Source: Chiloscyllium plagiosum (taxonomy: Eukaryota). Taken from it: a DNA stretch of 64,000 bases. The notes beneath the pieces are model-generated. The model worked only from the letters and a program-made list of their open reading frames with translations. It did not search any database and was not told the origin of the DNA. Every line of letters starts with the position of its first letter. Position 1 is the stretch's first letter. Below are positions 35,800 to 49,056 of this stretch, piece after piece. A program made the position numbers and the translations under genes. Location: the NCBI RefSeq assembly GCF_004010195.1, contig NC_057710.1, positions 138,008,075 to 138,072,074 of the forward strand, written 5' to 3'.

Positions 35800-36510
35800 C
35801 AGGTAAAAGTGAACTCAGAAATGTGGTAACCAATGAGGAGGCTTACAGCAGACTTCAGGAGTACATTGACAGATGTGTGAAATTTAATGCTGACAAAAGT
35901 CAAAAAGAAGAAAGTCAGTGTAAACTAAATGAATGAGTTTTGAAAGAGGTGCAGGAACTGAGAAAATTGGAGATATGTATGAACACATCTTTGAAGGTGA
36001 TATGATAAAGTGAGAAGTTTGTTACAAAACGTGTTCAAGTCAGAGAGAGAGTACAAATCAAGGAAATTGTGCTCAATCTTTGCAAAATGCTAATTAAGCT
36101 TCACTTGGAGGTTTCTGTTCATTCCACACTTGAGGAAGGTTGTTCAGACTTTGGAGAAGGTGCAAAACAGACATTAGAATTGTACCAGAGATGAGGAGCT
36201 TCAATTTAATGAAGAAGCTGAAATTGTTCTCCTTAAAGCAGAGAAAGTTGAGAGGAGCTTTATTAAACATGCTGAAGTCATGAAGGATTTGGTGAATAAA
36301 CGAGGGGAAACGTTTCAGTTACAGAAGGGTTGATAAACAGAAAGCACAGATTTAAGATAACATGATGACATGATAACAGATGACATGAGAAAACGTTTTT
36401 TGCAGCAAGTTGTGATCTGCAGTACATTGTCTGAAAAGGTGATGGCAGTAGATTCAAAAGTAACTTTCAAAGAGAATTAGATAAATATTTGAGGGGAAAA
36501 CATTAACATG
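35800..36510 (+). mobile_element. Old degenerate CR1 3' region
   Basis: Remnants of LQEYIDR..KFNADK and LEKVQ..RIVPEMR..EEAEIVLL, with frameshifts. Confidence 0.7.
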
Positions 36511-38053
36511 GTCTGAATTTTGCGGACAGATTAAGTATACAGTTTTTATAATGACAATAGCAATTGGCAATTTTTGAATCAGCAAGTGCCTCCAGATTAT
36601 CCTCTTCCTTTTTTTAATTTTGAAAACACTTGGATGCTTCTTTCCATATTGTCTTAATGTAGTTCACGTTATTTATTTTGCCACACTTGCTGTTCCTTCC
36701 ATTTTTCCGATTTGCCAGGGTCTATAAGATTCTTGTTTTGCATTATCTTTGTATTTTTGTTTTTTCACCTTAATATTTAATCACCATTTTGTGGAGGTCT
36801 CGTTCCTTAGGGGCATGCACAGTTGTGCAACATATTTAACTTGTTTTCAATTATTGCACTTAGTACCTTAAACATTGTTTCAAGGTTTTCATGGTGGGAG
36901 CAGTAACATTGAGTAAAATGGCATTTGACAGCTGTATAATGTAAAATCTGCACTATTAAGAGTTCCTTAGACAAACTGGTAGACCTTAATGTTTCAGCCA
37001 GCAGAATAGATGAGTTCAGTCTAGAGTTGAATAAACTGAAATATTCAGTTTAAATCAAAAGACATGATTTAAAAGTAATATTCATTTCTGCATACAAAGA
37101 GGCAACAATAACAAACTTAAAAGAGTAAAAAAAGGTATTGATTAAAATACTTTAAATACTTTCAATGATCAAAGACAAGACTACTTTAACTGTTTTTAAC
37201 AATGTGAACAGAATGTAGGGAGGCAATGGCAATGAAAACAAACATCACAGAGGAACTGTTTTAAGACAGATTTTCAACAAGAGATGACTATTACCATGAT
37301 TTAAAATATGAAGCTTGATGTTGTCACTTGAGGAGCCCACCTAAAATTATTGTTTACTCCTTTGCATTCATTTTAAACATTGATTTAAGTCCTCTTGCCT
37401 GCCTTTACACATACATTTTCTTGCACTTTCATATTGAAGATAATCAATTAATTTGACTAAAATTGTGCTTTGACTGCTTCACTTCATCTCTAGTCTTTCT
37501 GTGACTTCATCGAATGATGGACATTAAACGCAGAAATACATAACTAACCATCTGGTAACCTCCTGGGAGTTATTTCACACTCTAACATGATGGAAGGAAA
37601 GACAGCAATCTGGGCAAGGGACATGTTTTGTGTTCAAGAAAACACAAGGTAGGGATTAAAAACCAGGTCAACCCTGTGTGTGTTTGTGGAAGAAGGTGAG
37701 CAGGTGAGCTGACCTGCTCATGTGTACTGGCTCGGATTTGAGTGCGCACATGTGTGGTGAATAATCAAATAATCACCCAATAGTCACCTCTTTACCTGAG
37801 GTAAAGGACTCTCTCACTAACCAGCATGCTAGTCAAACAAAAATAGGACAAAAGAAGGATTTTCTCACTCAGGGTGTTGCCAGTCAACTTGAAATTAATC
37901 CGATAAGAATACAAACTGAAAGAAAGGCAGCTAGAGGAAAAAGAACATAGAACATTACAGCACAGTACAGGCCCTTTGGCCCTTGGTGTTGCGCTGACCT
38001 GTGGAACCAATCTGAAGCTCATCTATCCTATACTATTCCATTTTCATCCATAT

Positions 38054-39788
38054 GGAGTCACAGAGTCATACAGATGTACAGCATAGAAACAGACCCTTCG
38101 GTCCAAACCGTCCATACTGACCAGATATCCCAACACAATCTAGTTCCACCTGCCAGCACCCAGCCTATATCCCTCCAAACCAAACCTATTCATATACCCA
38201 TCCAAATGCCTCTAATATGTTGCAATTGTACGAGCCTACACAACTTCCTCTGGCAGCTCATTCTATACTGTACCACCCTCTGTGTGAAAACGTTGCCCCT
38301 TAGGTCTCTTTTATATCTTTCCCCTCTCACCCTAAACCTATGCCCTCTAGTTCTGGACCCTCCAACCCCAGGGAAAAGACTTTGCATATTTACCCTATCC
38401 ATACCCCTTACGATTTTATAAACCTCTATAAGATCACCCCTCAATCTCCGTTGCTCCAGGGAAAGCAGCCCCAGCCTGTTCAGCCTTTCCCAACCTCCAA
38501 CCCTGGCAACAACGCTGTAAATCTTTTCTGAACCCTTTCAAGTTTCACAACATCTTTCCAATAGGAAGGAGACCAGAATTGCTCGCAATATTCCAGCAGT
38601 GGCCTAACCAATGTCCTGTACAGCCGCAACATGACCTCCCAACTCCTGTACTCAATACTCTGACCAATAAAGGAAAGCATACCAAACGCCTTCTTCACTA
38701 TCCTCTCTACCTAATCCTTGTGGCACTCCACTGGTCACAGGCCTCCAGTTTGAAAAACAACCCTCCACCACCACTTCTACCTTTGAGACAGTTCTGTATC
38801 CAAATGGCTAGTTCTCCCTGTATTCCATGAGGTCTAACCTTGCTAATCAGTCTCCCATGGGGATCCTTGTCGAATGCCTTATTGAAGTCCATATAGATCA
38901 CATCTACTGCTCTGTGCTCATCAATCCACTTTGTTACTTCGTCAAAAAACTCAATCAAGTTTGTGAGACATGATTTCCCATGCACAAAGCCATGTTGACT
39001 ATCCCGAATCAGTCCTTGCCTTTCCAAATACATGTACATCCTGTCCCTCAGGATTCTCTCCAACAACTTGCCCACCACTGAGGTCAGGCTCACCGGCCTA
39101 TAGTTCCCTGGCTTGTCTTTACCACCCTTCTTAAATAGTGGCACCATGTTAGCCAACCTCCACTCATCTGGCACCTCACCTGTGACTATCAATGATGCAA
39201 ATGTCTCAGCAAGAGGCCCAGCAATCACTTCTCTAGCTTCCCACAGAGTTCTCGGGTACACCTGATCAGGTCCTGGGGATTTATCCACCCTTACCCGATT
39301 CAAGACATCCAGCACTTCCTCCTCTGTAATCTGGACATTTTGCAAGATGCCACCATCTATTTCTCTACAGTCTATATCTTCCATATCCTTTTCCACAGTA
39401 AATACTAATGCAAAATACTCATTTAGTATCTTCCCCTTTTTCTGCGGCCCCACACAAAGGCCACCTTGCTGATCTTTGAGTGGCCCTATTCTCCCCCTAG
39501 TTATCCTTTTGTCCTTAATGTATTTGTAAAAACCTTTTGCATTCTCCTTAACTCTATTTGCCAAAGCTATCTCATGTCCCTGTTTTGCCATCCTGATTTC
39601 CCTCTCAGTGTACTCCTATTGCCTTTATACGCTTTTCAGGATTCACCCGATCTATCCTGTCTATACCTTACATATGCTTCCTTCTTTTTCTTAACTAAAC
39701 CCTCAATTTTTTTAGTCATCCAGCATTCCCTATACCTACCAGCCTTTCCTTTCACCCTGACAGGAATATGCTTTTTCTGGATTCTCGT
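38054..39788 (-). mobile_element. CR1 with internal deletions, nested in the tail of another CR1 family (37942-38053 and 39789-40100)
   Basis: ORF 38707-39591 KSPGPD...NYRPVSLTSVVGKLLE...SQHGF...DFNKAFDK; (CTCTATGA)-type tail at the left end. Confidence 0.93.
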
Positions 39789-40564
39789 TTATCCAATGAT
39801 CATTTAAATGCCCTAAAAGTTGGCAAGTCTACTACAGTTGCAGTCAGGGCATTCCATGTTCCAACTACTGTCTGGGTGAAGAAACTACCTCTGACCTATA
39901 TCTATCACCCCTCAATTTAAAGCTATGTCCCCTCATACCAGCTGTCACCATCCGAGGAAAAAGGCTCTTACTATCCACCGTATCTAACCCTCTGATTATC
40001 TTAAATATCTCAATTAAGTCACCTTTCAACCTTCTTCTCTCTAATCTTCCCTCTAATGAAAACAGTCTCAAGTCCCTCAGCCTTTCCTCAAAAGGCCTTC
40101 CTAGTAATAGTCATCATTTGTTGAAACTCTGTCTTAAAAAGAGGAATGAATGAAGCATGTAAAATGATCCCAGCATCCCAAACCATTCAAGCATCACAAA
40201 CTAATACAGTATTCCAATAATTCAAATAAATCCTGCACCACAAACTAACCATGAATCCTCCAAGAATACCACAGATCCCAATTCTCATTCTTTCACTGAA
40301 ACCAACTGTTTCTCAAACTAAAACAGCATTCAAAATTTTCCCACTCTCAGATTCGCTGCTGAGCCCAAAACTCACCAATAATGTAAGATTCATTCACCAC
40401 CCTAAACTTAAATATTTTCCTGTAACCTGTCATTTTAAGCAATTCACCAATTCAAATTTCTCAACACCCTGCACTCATTTACCACCATAAAATCAGCCAT
40501 TTCTGTCAGCTGGTACAATGCACTAATCTCTTTCAATTCATTAAACTTCCTTTTTCATTTATCG

Positions 40565-41640
40565 AATGTTGATGCTTCTGGTTAGGCCCCTATTTAGTAC
40601 CCATCCTTTATTGGCCAAGAGGAGGCAGTGGTGAGCTGCCTTCTTGAGCTATTATGGTCCATTTGGTGTGGGAGCACCCATAGAACTCTTGGGTGAGGAG
40701 GGTGGGTGTTGGGATGGGGGAATACTGGGGAGATCCACAATCTTGATTTAGTGACACCAAAGGAAAGGCGATCTAGGTCAAGGTTGTGTATGTCTTGAAA
40801 GACATTTGCAGATAATAGTATTCCCATGTACCAGCTGATCTTGTCCTGAGGTGATAGAGGTCATATTACTTTACATTTATCAGCTCAAGCCTGAATATTG
40901 TACAGGTTTATGTACACATGTACACAGATTGCTTCAGTATCTGAAGAGTTACGAATAGCGCTGATGATTGTGCAATCATCAATGAGCTCGGACCACTATC
41001 CTGAGGAACATTTGCAGCGATGTCCTGAAATTGAGATCATTGACCTCTAACAGCTACTATGTCATCCTCTGGGCCAGATGTGGCTCCAAGTAGTGGAGAG
41101 TTTTCTCCTTGATTTCAGTCAACTTCTATTTTATTGAGGTTCCTTGATGTCACACTTGGTCAAGGGCAGCCTTGATATCAAGGATAATCATTGCCACCTC
41201 ACCTATGGAATTCAGCTGTTTTGATTATATTAGGACAAAGGTTTTAATGACATTTGGAGCCAAGTTATGCTAGCAGAATCCAAACTGAGAATTAGCAAGC
41301 TGACTATTAGTGAGTAAGTCCTATGTGATAACATCACTTTGTCAATGATTAAGAGTCAACGGATCGGACGGTAACTGGCTCTGGTGCAGAGCAAGTCTGG
41401 GCTGTCTTCCATGTTGCCAAGTTGACATCTTGAGTTTGGCTTTTTCTGGAGCATCAGTATTCAAACACTCCAGCTTTGATGTTGTTTGGGCCATTTCCTT
41501 TGCTGTATCCCGTGTGCTCAACTGTTTCATGGTTTCAGATGAATCATGGTCAAATTGTGAGGCTGGAAACTTTAGGATTATCAGTGATAGATTGTCTGCT
41601 CTGTACTTGTAGTTGGAGATGGTTGCAACCACTTCATTGC
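40565..41640 (-). mobile_element. Old CR1/L2-group LINE remnant
   Basis: Same 3' end type as 32660-33310 (aagaaggcagctcaccactgcc...gggtactaaat) and an RT-like segment. Confidence 0.6.
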
Positions 41641-41812
41641 AAATAGAATTTCACATTGCTATTTTACATCTTTGCCTGTCAGATCAACTGATACTGTAGC
41701 TACAAGAATCAAGCTGCACAGGTTACCTGTCCTTAGTGCCATACATGTTAGAAACCTGCCTAGGGGAGTGCTACACTTTCTCTATTGGGAGTGTAGTATA
41801 ACATCTTGTCAT

Positions 41813-43445
41813 TAGAACATAGAACAATACAGTGCAGAACAGGTCCTTCGGCCTTCAATGTTGCACCAACCTATGAACTCATCTAAGCCCATCCCCCTAC
41901 ACTATCTCATCATCATCCATGTGCTTATCCAAGGATTGTTTAAATCTCCCTAATATGGCTGAGTTAACTACATTGGCAGGCAGGGCATTCCATGTCCTTA
42001 CCACTCTCTGAGTAAAGAACCTGCCTCTGACATCTATCTTAAATCTATCATCCCTCAACTTGTCTTTATGCACCCTCATATAAGCTAATGTCATCATCCT
42101 AGGAAAAATACTTTCACTGTCTATCCTATCTAATCCTCTGATCATCTTGTATGTCTCTATCAAATCCCCTCTTAGCCTTCTTCTCTCCAATGAGAAAAGA
42201 CTCAAGTCGTTCAGCCTTTCCTCATAAGACCTTCTCTCCAGACCAGGCAATATCCTGGTAAATCTTCTCAGCACCTTTTCCAATGCTTCCACATCTTTCT
42301 GTAATGGGGCGACCAGAACTGCATACAATATTCCAAGTGCGGCCACACTAGCGTTTTGTATAATTGCAGCATGACATTACGGCTCCAGAACTCAATCCCT
42401 CTACCAATAAAATTTAACACACTGTATGCTTTCTTAATAGCACTATCAACCTGGGTGGCAACTTTCAAGGATTTCTGTACATTGACTCCATGATCCCTCT
42501 GTACATCCACACTACCAAGAATCTTTCCATTGACCCAGTATTCTGCCTTTCTGTTACTCTTCCCAAAGTGAATCAACTCACATTTATCTGCATTGAACTC
42601 CATTTGCCATTTCTCAGCCCAATTCTGCAGTTTATCCAAGTCCTCCTGCAACATTCTTCCACACTGTCCACTAATCCAGCGACTTTAGTGTCATCTGCAA
42701 ACTTTCTTAACCATCCACCAATGCCTGCGACCAAGTTATTTATAAAAATAACAAACAGCTGTGGTCCCAAAACAGATCCTTGTGGCACATCACTAGTAAT
42801 GGGACTCCAGGCTGAATATTTTCCATCAACCACCACTCGCTGTGGCTCCAAGTAGTGGAGAGTTTTCTCCTTGATTTCAGTCAACTTCTATTTTATTGAG
42901 GTTCCTTGATGTCACACTTGGTCCTGAACTGCTGTGCTTTTCCAGCACCACTCTAATCTAGATTCTGGTCTCAAGCATCTGCAGTCCTTGTTTTTACCTA
43001 GTTGATTTCAGTAAAACCTTTGATAAGGTTTCACATGGTAGGCCGTTTGAGAAAATGCAGAGGCATGGGATTGAGGATGATGTAGCAGTTTGGATTAGAA
43101 ACTGGCTTTCTGTAAGAAGACAGCGAGTGGTGGTTGATGGAAAATATTCAGCCTGGAGTCCCATTACTAGTGATGTGCCACAAGGATCTGTTTTGGGACC
43201 ACAGCTGTTTGTTATTTTTATAAATAACTTGGTCGCAGGCATTGGTGGATGGTTAAGTAAGTTTGCAGATGACACTAAAGTCGCTGGATTAGTGGACAGT
43301 GTGGAAGAATGTTGCAGGGGGACTTGGATAAACTGCAGATTTCTACCCTCATCCACATGCTTGGTCACCTTCTCAAAAAACTCAGTGAGGTTTGTGGAAC
43401 ATGACCTGCACTTGACGAAACCATGTTGACTATCTGCAATCAAAA
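41813..43445 (-). mobile_element. Rearranged CR1 with an internal inverted duplication and two captured fragments
   Basis: RT motifs [18 protein letters not shown] and KFADDTK occur on both strands (42624-42843 vs 43120-43339). Confidence 0.9.
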
Positions 43446-43699
43446 TTTTCAGTGTGGAATCATTGCATGTTGGAAAGTCTTCAAACAGTTGTTACCATTA
43501 GCTTTTGTTGAACAACAGGCAAAATGAAAAAAGAAACAAACAAAAGGAACTGCATTTGTTTCTGGGAAAAACAGGGGCTGCTCGTATTTCAAACAACAAA
43601 ACATTACATCAAATGAGAAATCACTTTATCTAACTTTATGAAAAAGCAGCTGTCACGTCCTGTCTGGATTGTTGTGCCTATTGGTGCAGTGCTCTGTCA

Positions 43700-44600
43700 T
43701 GCTGAAGGTGATGTTCTTCCTTCTCATTGGCCTCATATCCTTCCTTGGAACACTGCTGTTGCTCTGCCAGTGTCTCCCACATCCACTCATTGCCTGCTTC
43801 AGTTGTGCAGGGCACAGCATGCTAGGATAATGCAGCACATTCTTTCTGGACTGTACTGAAGATCCCCACATAGTCCGGATAGATCGTGATGAAGAGCTGA
43901 TGCTTGAACGGCGATCCTCCTGCTCCTCAGATGCTGCCTGACCTGCTGTGCTTTCTCAGCACCACATTCTTCAACTCTGAGCACCAGCATCTGCCGTCCC
44001 CAGTTTCTCCCAGATAGATCTAAGCACAGCATCTCATCTACATGAGGTCTATTGTCTGATTCACAATGGTTCTGCTGAAAGGATGGGCAGCATTGCAGTT
44101 AGTCTTGGCCTCAGTGATGAGATTGTGTAAGGGAGTCATCAGACAAGGTTATAGAGGGCCCTTGTTTCACAGTAACCATCCCTTGGAAGGCAACCAACCC
44201 TTGAAATGGAGCAGGAACATGAGAGTTCTCAGGGACTCTCAAGACATGGGCATCTTGACAGCTCTTAAGATACTTGACACAGACTTTCAAGATGTGATAC
44301 TGATGATTGCAGATGACCTCTACATTGACGGAATGGAATCTTTTTCTGTTGATGAAGTCAGCTGCATTATGATATAATACTCCCCGTGCGATGTGTGTGC
44401 AGAATGCCTTGTCCCTGCGGGAGCCCAGTGACATTGGCAAAGCCTGCTGCCCAGGCTGCAGCACTGAGTTTGCCACAGGGAAACAAGATGAAATGGTGTG
44501 GTCTGACACATATTGCATCAGTGACAATATTTAGTCCATTCCCTGGACCACATCTGTGTCCTTTGAGTTTGATTGTACTTATTTGTCGTCTTAACACTTG
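43700..44600 (-). pseudogene. Decayed PIF/Harbinger (HARBI1-like) DDE transposase, interrupted by a Penelope-like unit at 43886-44012
   Basis: FCTHIA...NAADFINRKRFHSVNVEVICNHQYHILKVCVKYLKSCQDAHVL and LQYSPERMCCIILACCALHN correspond to Harbinger motifs IDCTH, NRKGFHS.NVQ, GS.HD and C.LHN. Confidence 0.85.
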
Positions 44601-45448
44601 CACAAATAATTTGCCAACTTGCTTACCTTACTCCTAAAATCACTGAACAGGATATTCTTCTTGACCCTGAAGCATAGTGGGCTTATGTCCAAAACCTGGA
44701 TACACAATGATGACTGTTTCCAAGATGATGCATATCTGTTAACTACATTTTATTGGCTAAGCCAGCATTTTATATTTCTGTAGTTACCTTGTGAGGAAAC
44801 TTAGTATGTATTAATTTACCAAAGCCCCCTGAAATCCAGTTGGGCATGTCTACTGGATGTTTTGATTACCTCAGTGGAGTTTTTAAATCACTGGCAAACA
44901 CATGTTGTCAGCTTATTTTGTGAATTTCTCATTGGCTCTTTGCTTTCTTAGTGACCACAAAAGACAGTTCATATAATTCCCTCTCGCACCTTCCCAGTAA
45001 TGGATTTAGGCCGATGGCCCTGTCAATGTCTGGCTTTGTTAGTCCCATTTTTGGCAAAGAGAACTTTGCGTCTTGCAAACAGGTTTTTGTTATTACTCAC
45101 AGATCTTCTTCTCCAGAAGTCGTTGGCTAGCTTATAACTGTTTCCTCTTCCTAAATTGTTTGTAATATTTTCCCTTGTGCCCAATTAAATTGGGTTTACC
45201 TCTGTACATCACTCAATCGTAATGGTTTTGGTCTTTTAACCACTGGATTGTGTATAGCCTCATTCCGTTTGACAATAAGTTTGAAAAAGACCCAACTTGA
45301 CCCCAGGACATGAATATCTTTCCAGTGGAATTGCACAGTCCTTTGCCAGGTCTTCAGTCTTTGAAGTAAATAGCCCACTTCAAATCTGAGATCAGCATTA
45401 AGTTGGTTACAGCCTTGCCTATTGAGCAATACGCTGAAATCAAATGTA

Positions 45449-45659
45449 CAGTAATCTCCCTGTACCCACAGGGGATACATTCCAGGACGTACTGCGGAAT
45501 TCTGAAACTGCGAACCCATTCATTTAAATGGGAAGCCCACCCTCACGGCAGCCCCTGCTCCTTGGTTCAGGAATGTTCCCTGTAATATGTTCGAGCCGCA
45601 GTGAACTGCAGATAACTGAAACTGTGGAAAACGATTCCACAGATATGGTGGTCACCCTG
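45449..45659. mobile_element. Tigger/pogo-type MITE
   Basis: TA-cag...ctg-TA ends; subterminal ggggatacattccaggac and gataactgaaactgtggaaa resemble Tigger-derived MITEs. Confidence 0.7.
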
Positions 45660-46844
45660 TATTGTAATCGGAGCAGGCCAGATGCCTTGCAACATGGAGT
45701 TTGGATACTGCACTAAGGTTTTTGCATGAAAAACAAGATCTACAATGTGTTTTTCCCTAGTTTCAAGATCAGTGTGCTGTTCTCTCAAACAATCATCTTA
45801 TCACATACTTTGGTAATCATCCTGCGAAGTCGTTTGAACCATCCCAAGAAAACATAGATTATTTTCTTGCCAGAGTAGAAAGCTCAATTTATGAAGGCAC
45901 ATTGGGTGTTAATTTGGTCACAAAGTTTGGACTACAAACATCTTTTAAAAAAAAAACGTAAGTGCTAGAACATTTGGCTCCATTGTGTCAATATCATTGC
46001 TGCTGCTTTTGATAGTTTGCCTCAAAATGGTCTCTGTGGCACTAGCCATGCATTTGCAGATGAATTCACCGTCCTTGGGAGATCATGGAATTTCTTGTCG
46101 TTGCCACGTCCAGACAGCAGGTAAGGTTCCCCTATTTGCTATGGATCTAGGCTGGATACCCTAAAATGTAAGCTCCTGGATGAAGAGAGATAAATCAGCC
46201 CCTTTTTTTTATTCACCCACCCTCTCAGTTGGTTGCAAGATTAAATTAAAAACTAGCCCTTTGCCTTGTGTAATCTCTTTTTCCTATAACTTACATTTTA
46301 AAAGAAGCCAACTTAACCAGGCTTTCTTTAGTTTACAAGGAGTGAGTTCATGAATTACTGAACATGAAAATATTTAGTGGCACACAAAATCCTGGCATTC
46401 CCTCCCTAATGACATTGTGGGTCAACTCACAGCACATGGATTACAGCATTTCAAGATGGCAGCTCAGCACCACCTTCTCAAGGGCAACTTAGGAACAAGC
46501 AATAAAAGCTGGTTCAGCCACCGAAACCCATGTCCCACAGAAGAATAAAAGAAAACACAAATGCACATAAGTTAGTAATAAAATAGAAGTTCAAAAAAAA
46601 CAGAGGCACAGGATAGTCTCTGAATTGTTTGCTAAGAGTGAATTGTTGAACATTATAGCCATTGCAGTGAACGATACTTGTTTCAAGATTTTTCGTTTTT
46701 CTGGATGGTTGAAATTCTGTTGTTCTGATTCATTTTAATTGTGATTGAGTTCCAGCATTCAGGGTGAGAGAGAGTCCTTTTGTTATCCTGTGTTATTTTA
46801 TCTCTGGCTTGCTGGTTGGCTGATGTCTAGCACTCAGAATCACA

Positions 46845-48420
46845 GAAGCTTGGAATTATTATGGTGCAGAAAGAGGCCATTTGGTCCATCATGCCTGCAC
46901 TGACTGTATTATCTAGTGCCATCTTCTACCTTTTCCCCATTTCCCTGCACACCATTACTCCATTACTATCCAAAAAATGATCCACTGCCCTCTTGAATAC
47001 CTCATTTCCAGGTAGTGCATTCTAAACACTACCAACAAAGTGTTTTCTCATATCACCACTGATTTGTTTGCACATCATTTAAAATCTATGCCCTCTCATT
47101 CTTGATTTTTGTATAAGCAGAATCAGCTTCTGCCTATCTACTCTGTCCAGCCTATTCACGATTTTGAAAACCTCAATCAAATCTCCTTTGAGTCTTCTTC
47201 CAGGGACAACAGACCCAACTTCTTCAATCTGTCCACATAACAGAAGTTCCTCATTGCTGGAACTATTCTTGTGAATTGCTCCTGCACTCTCTCCAATGTA
47301 TTTGCATCTTTCCTATCATTTGGCACCTGCAAAAGTATACAATAATCTAGCTGAGGTCTGACAAGTGTCTTTTCCAAATTCAAAATCACCTTCTTGCTCT
47401 TGTATTCTGTGCCGCTATTAATAAAGTGGAGAACACTGGATGCTTTATTAGCTGCTCTCTGAGTCCCTGAAGAAGGGTTACACGCGAAAGATCGACTTCT
47501 CCGCCTCCTGATGCTGCCTGGCTTGCTGTGTTCTTCCAGTCTCCTGCTTGTCTACTTTGGATTCCAGCTTCTGCAGTTTTTTTGTCTCTCTCCATCTCTC
47601 CTGACACCTTCAATGATCAAGCCACATGTATACCCAGGTCCTACTGCTCCTGAGCTCCCTTTACAATTGTACCCAAAGTTTTCTATCATCTTTCAAAATG
47701 CTTCAGACGAAAGTGCATCACATCACACTTGTTGACCCTCATCTACCATCTATCCACTCACTCCACCAACTTTCAATGTCTTTTTGGATTTTTACACCGT
47801 CCTCCTCAGTTTACAATTCTTCCGAATTTAGTGCCATCTGCAAACTTTGAAACTGTCCCATACGCACCAAGACTTAGATCAATATCTGCCTGGAAAAGCA
47901 AGGGCCCTGATACTGACCTCTGGGCAACACTACTATGAACCTTCCTGCAGCCTGAAAACTATTCATTGGTCATACTGCCTGTTTCCTAACACAGCCAATT
48001 TTGTAACCATGTTGCCTCTGTCTCTCTTATATCATTATCTTCAACTTTCCTCACAAGTCTGCTGTGAGGCAGTGTGTCAAATGCCTTCCAGAAATCCCCG
48101 AATGCCAGATTATTCTTACAACCCTTTCTGAAAAAGACCATAATATTGGAAATTCTCCAGCCTTCTGACATCTCTCTGGAGTCCAGGGAAGACAACCAGT
48201 GTCTCTATAATTTCTATCCTCGATTCCTTAAAATCACTGAAAGTCCTTGGATGTATCTCATCAGAACCCAGTGCTTTGTCAACTTTAAGACCCATCAGTT
48301 TATTCAAGACTTCTTCATCATTTAATTCTGGTCACTTCTGGTGGCAGAGTTTCTTCCTCTATCACTGAACCACTCTATGACTGAGGCAGCATCCTCCTCC
48401 TTTAAGAAGACAGATACAAA
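46845..48420 (-). mobile_element. Old CR1 remnant containing a plus-strand Penelope-like unit at 47461-47585
   Basis: LVRPQLDYC...LERVQEQFTRIVP, DFWKAFDTLPHSRL and KVDKALGSDEIHPR remnants. Confidence 0.8.
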
Positions 48421-48977
48421 TTATTATAGAGTCATAGAGACATATTGCATAGAGACAGACCCTTCGATCCAACTCACCTGCATTGGCCAACTTTCCAAAA
48501 CTAAACTAGCCCCACTTGCCTGCGCTTGGTCCATATCCCTTTAAACCTTTCCATCCAATTTTTTTTTAATGTTGTAACTGTACCTACATCTACAACGTTC
48601 TCTGGCTGTTCCTCCTACATGTAAACTATTAAAAAGTTTTCCCTAGCGTCACTTTTAAATCTTTCGCCTCTCACTTTATAAAATGTCCCCTAGTTTTGAA
48701 CTCCCACACCCTAGAGAAAAAAATCTTTGCTATTCACCTTATCTATGGATTCTGGGTAATCCAAGATGGAGGATGGGAAAATTTCTGGCTGTAACAGGCT
48801 GCTCCTTTTTTGAGGTATTTTAGGAGTTGGAGGTGATCTCCTTGAATTACAGGAGTAACAATTACTGTTTTATATGCTGTTGGATTGTTTTGGAACTTCA
48901 GAGACAAAAAGTCAAAGCAACAGCACTTTTAGAAGGGAGAGGAACAGACAAATCAGTACATGGTGAGGTGAGTGTAG

Positions 48978-49056
48978 GAGAGAGAGAGATAGAGAGAGAA
49001 AGAGACAGAGACACAGACGCAGACACAGACAGAGACAGAGAGACAGAGAAAGAAAG
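48978..49056. repeat. Compound (GA)n/(GACA)n microsatellite in the CR1 5' region
   Basis: Seen directly. Confidence 0.9.
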
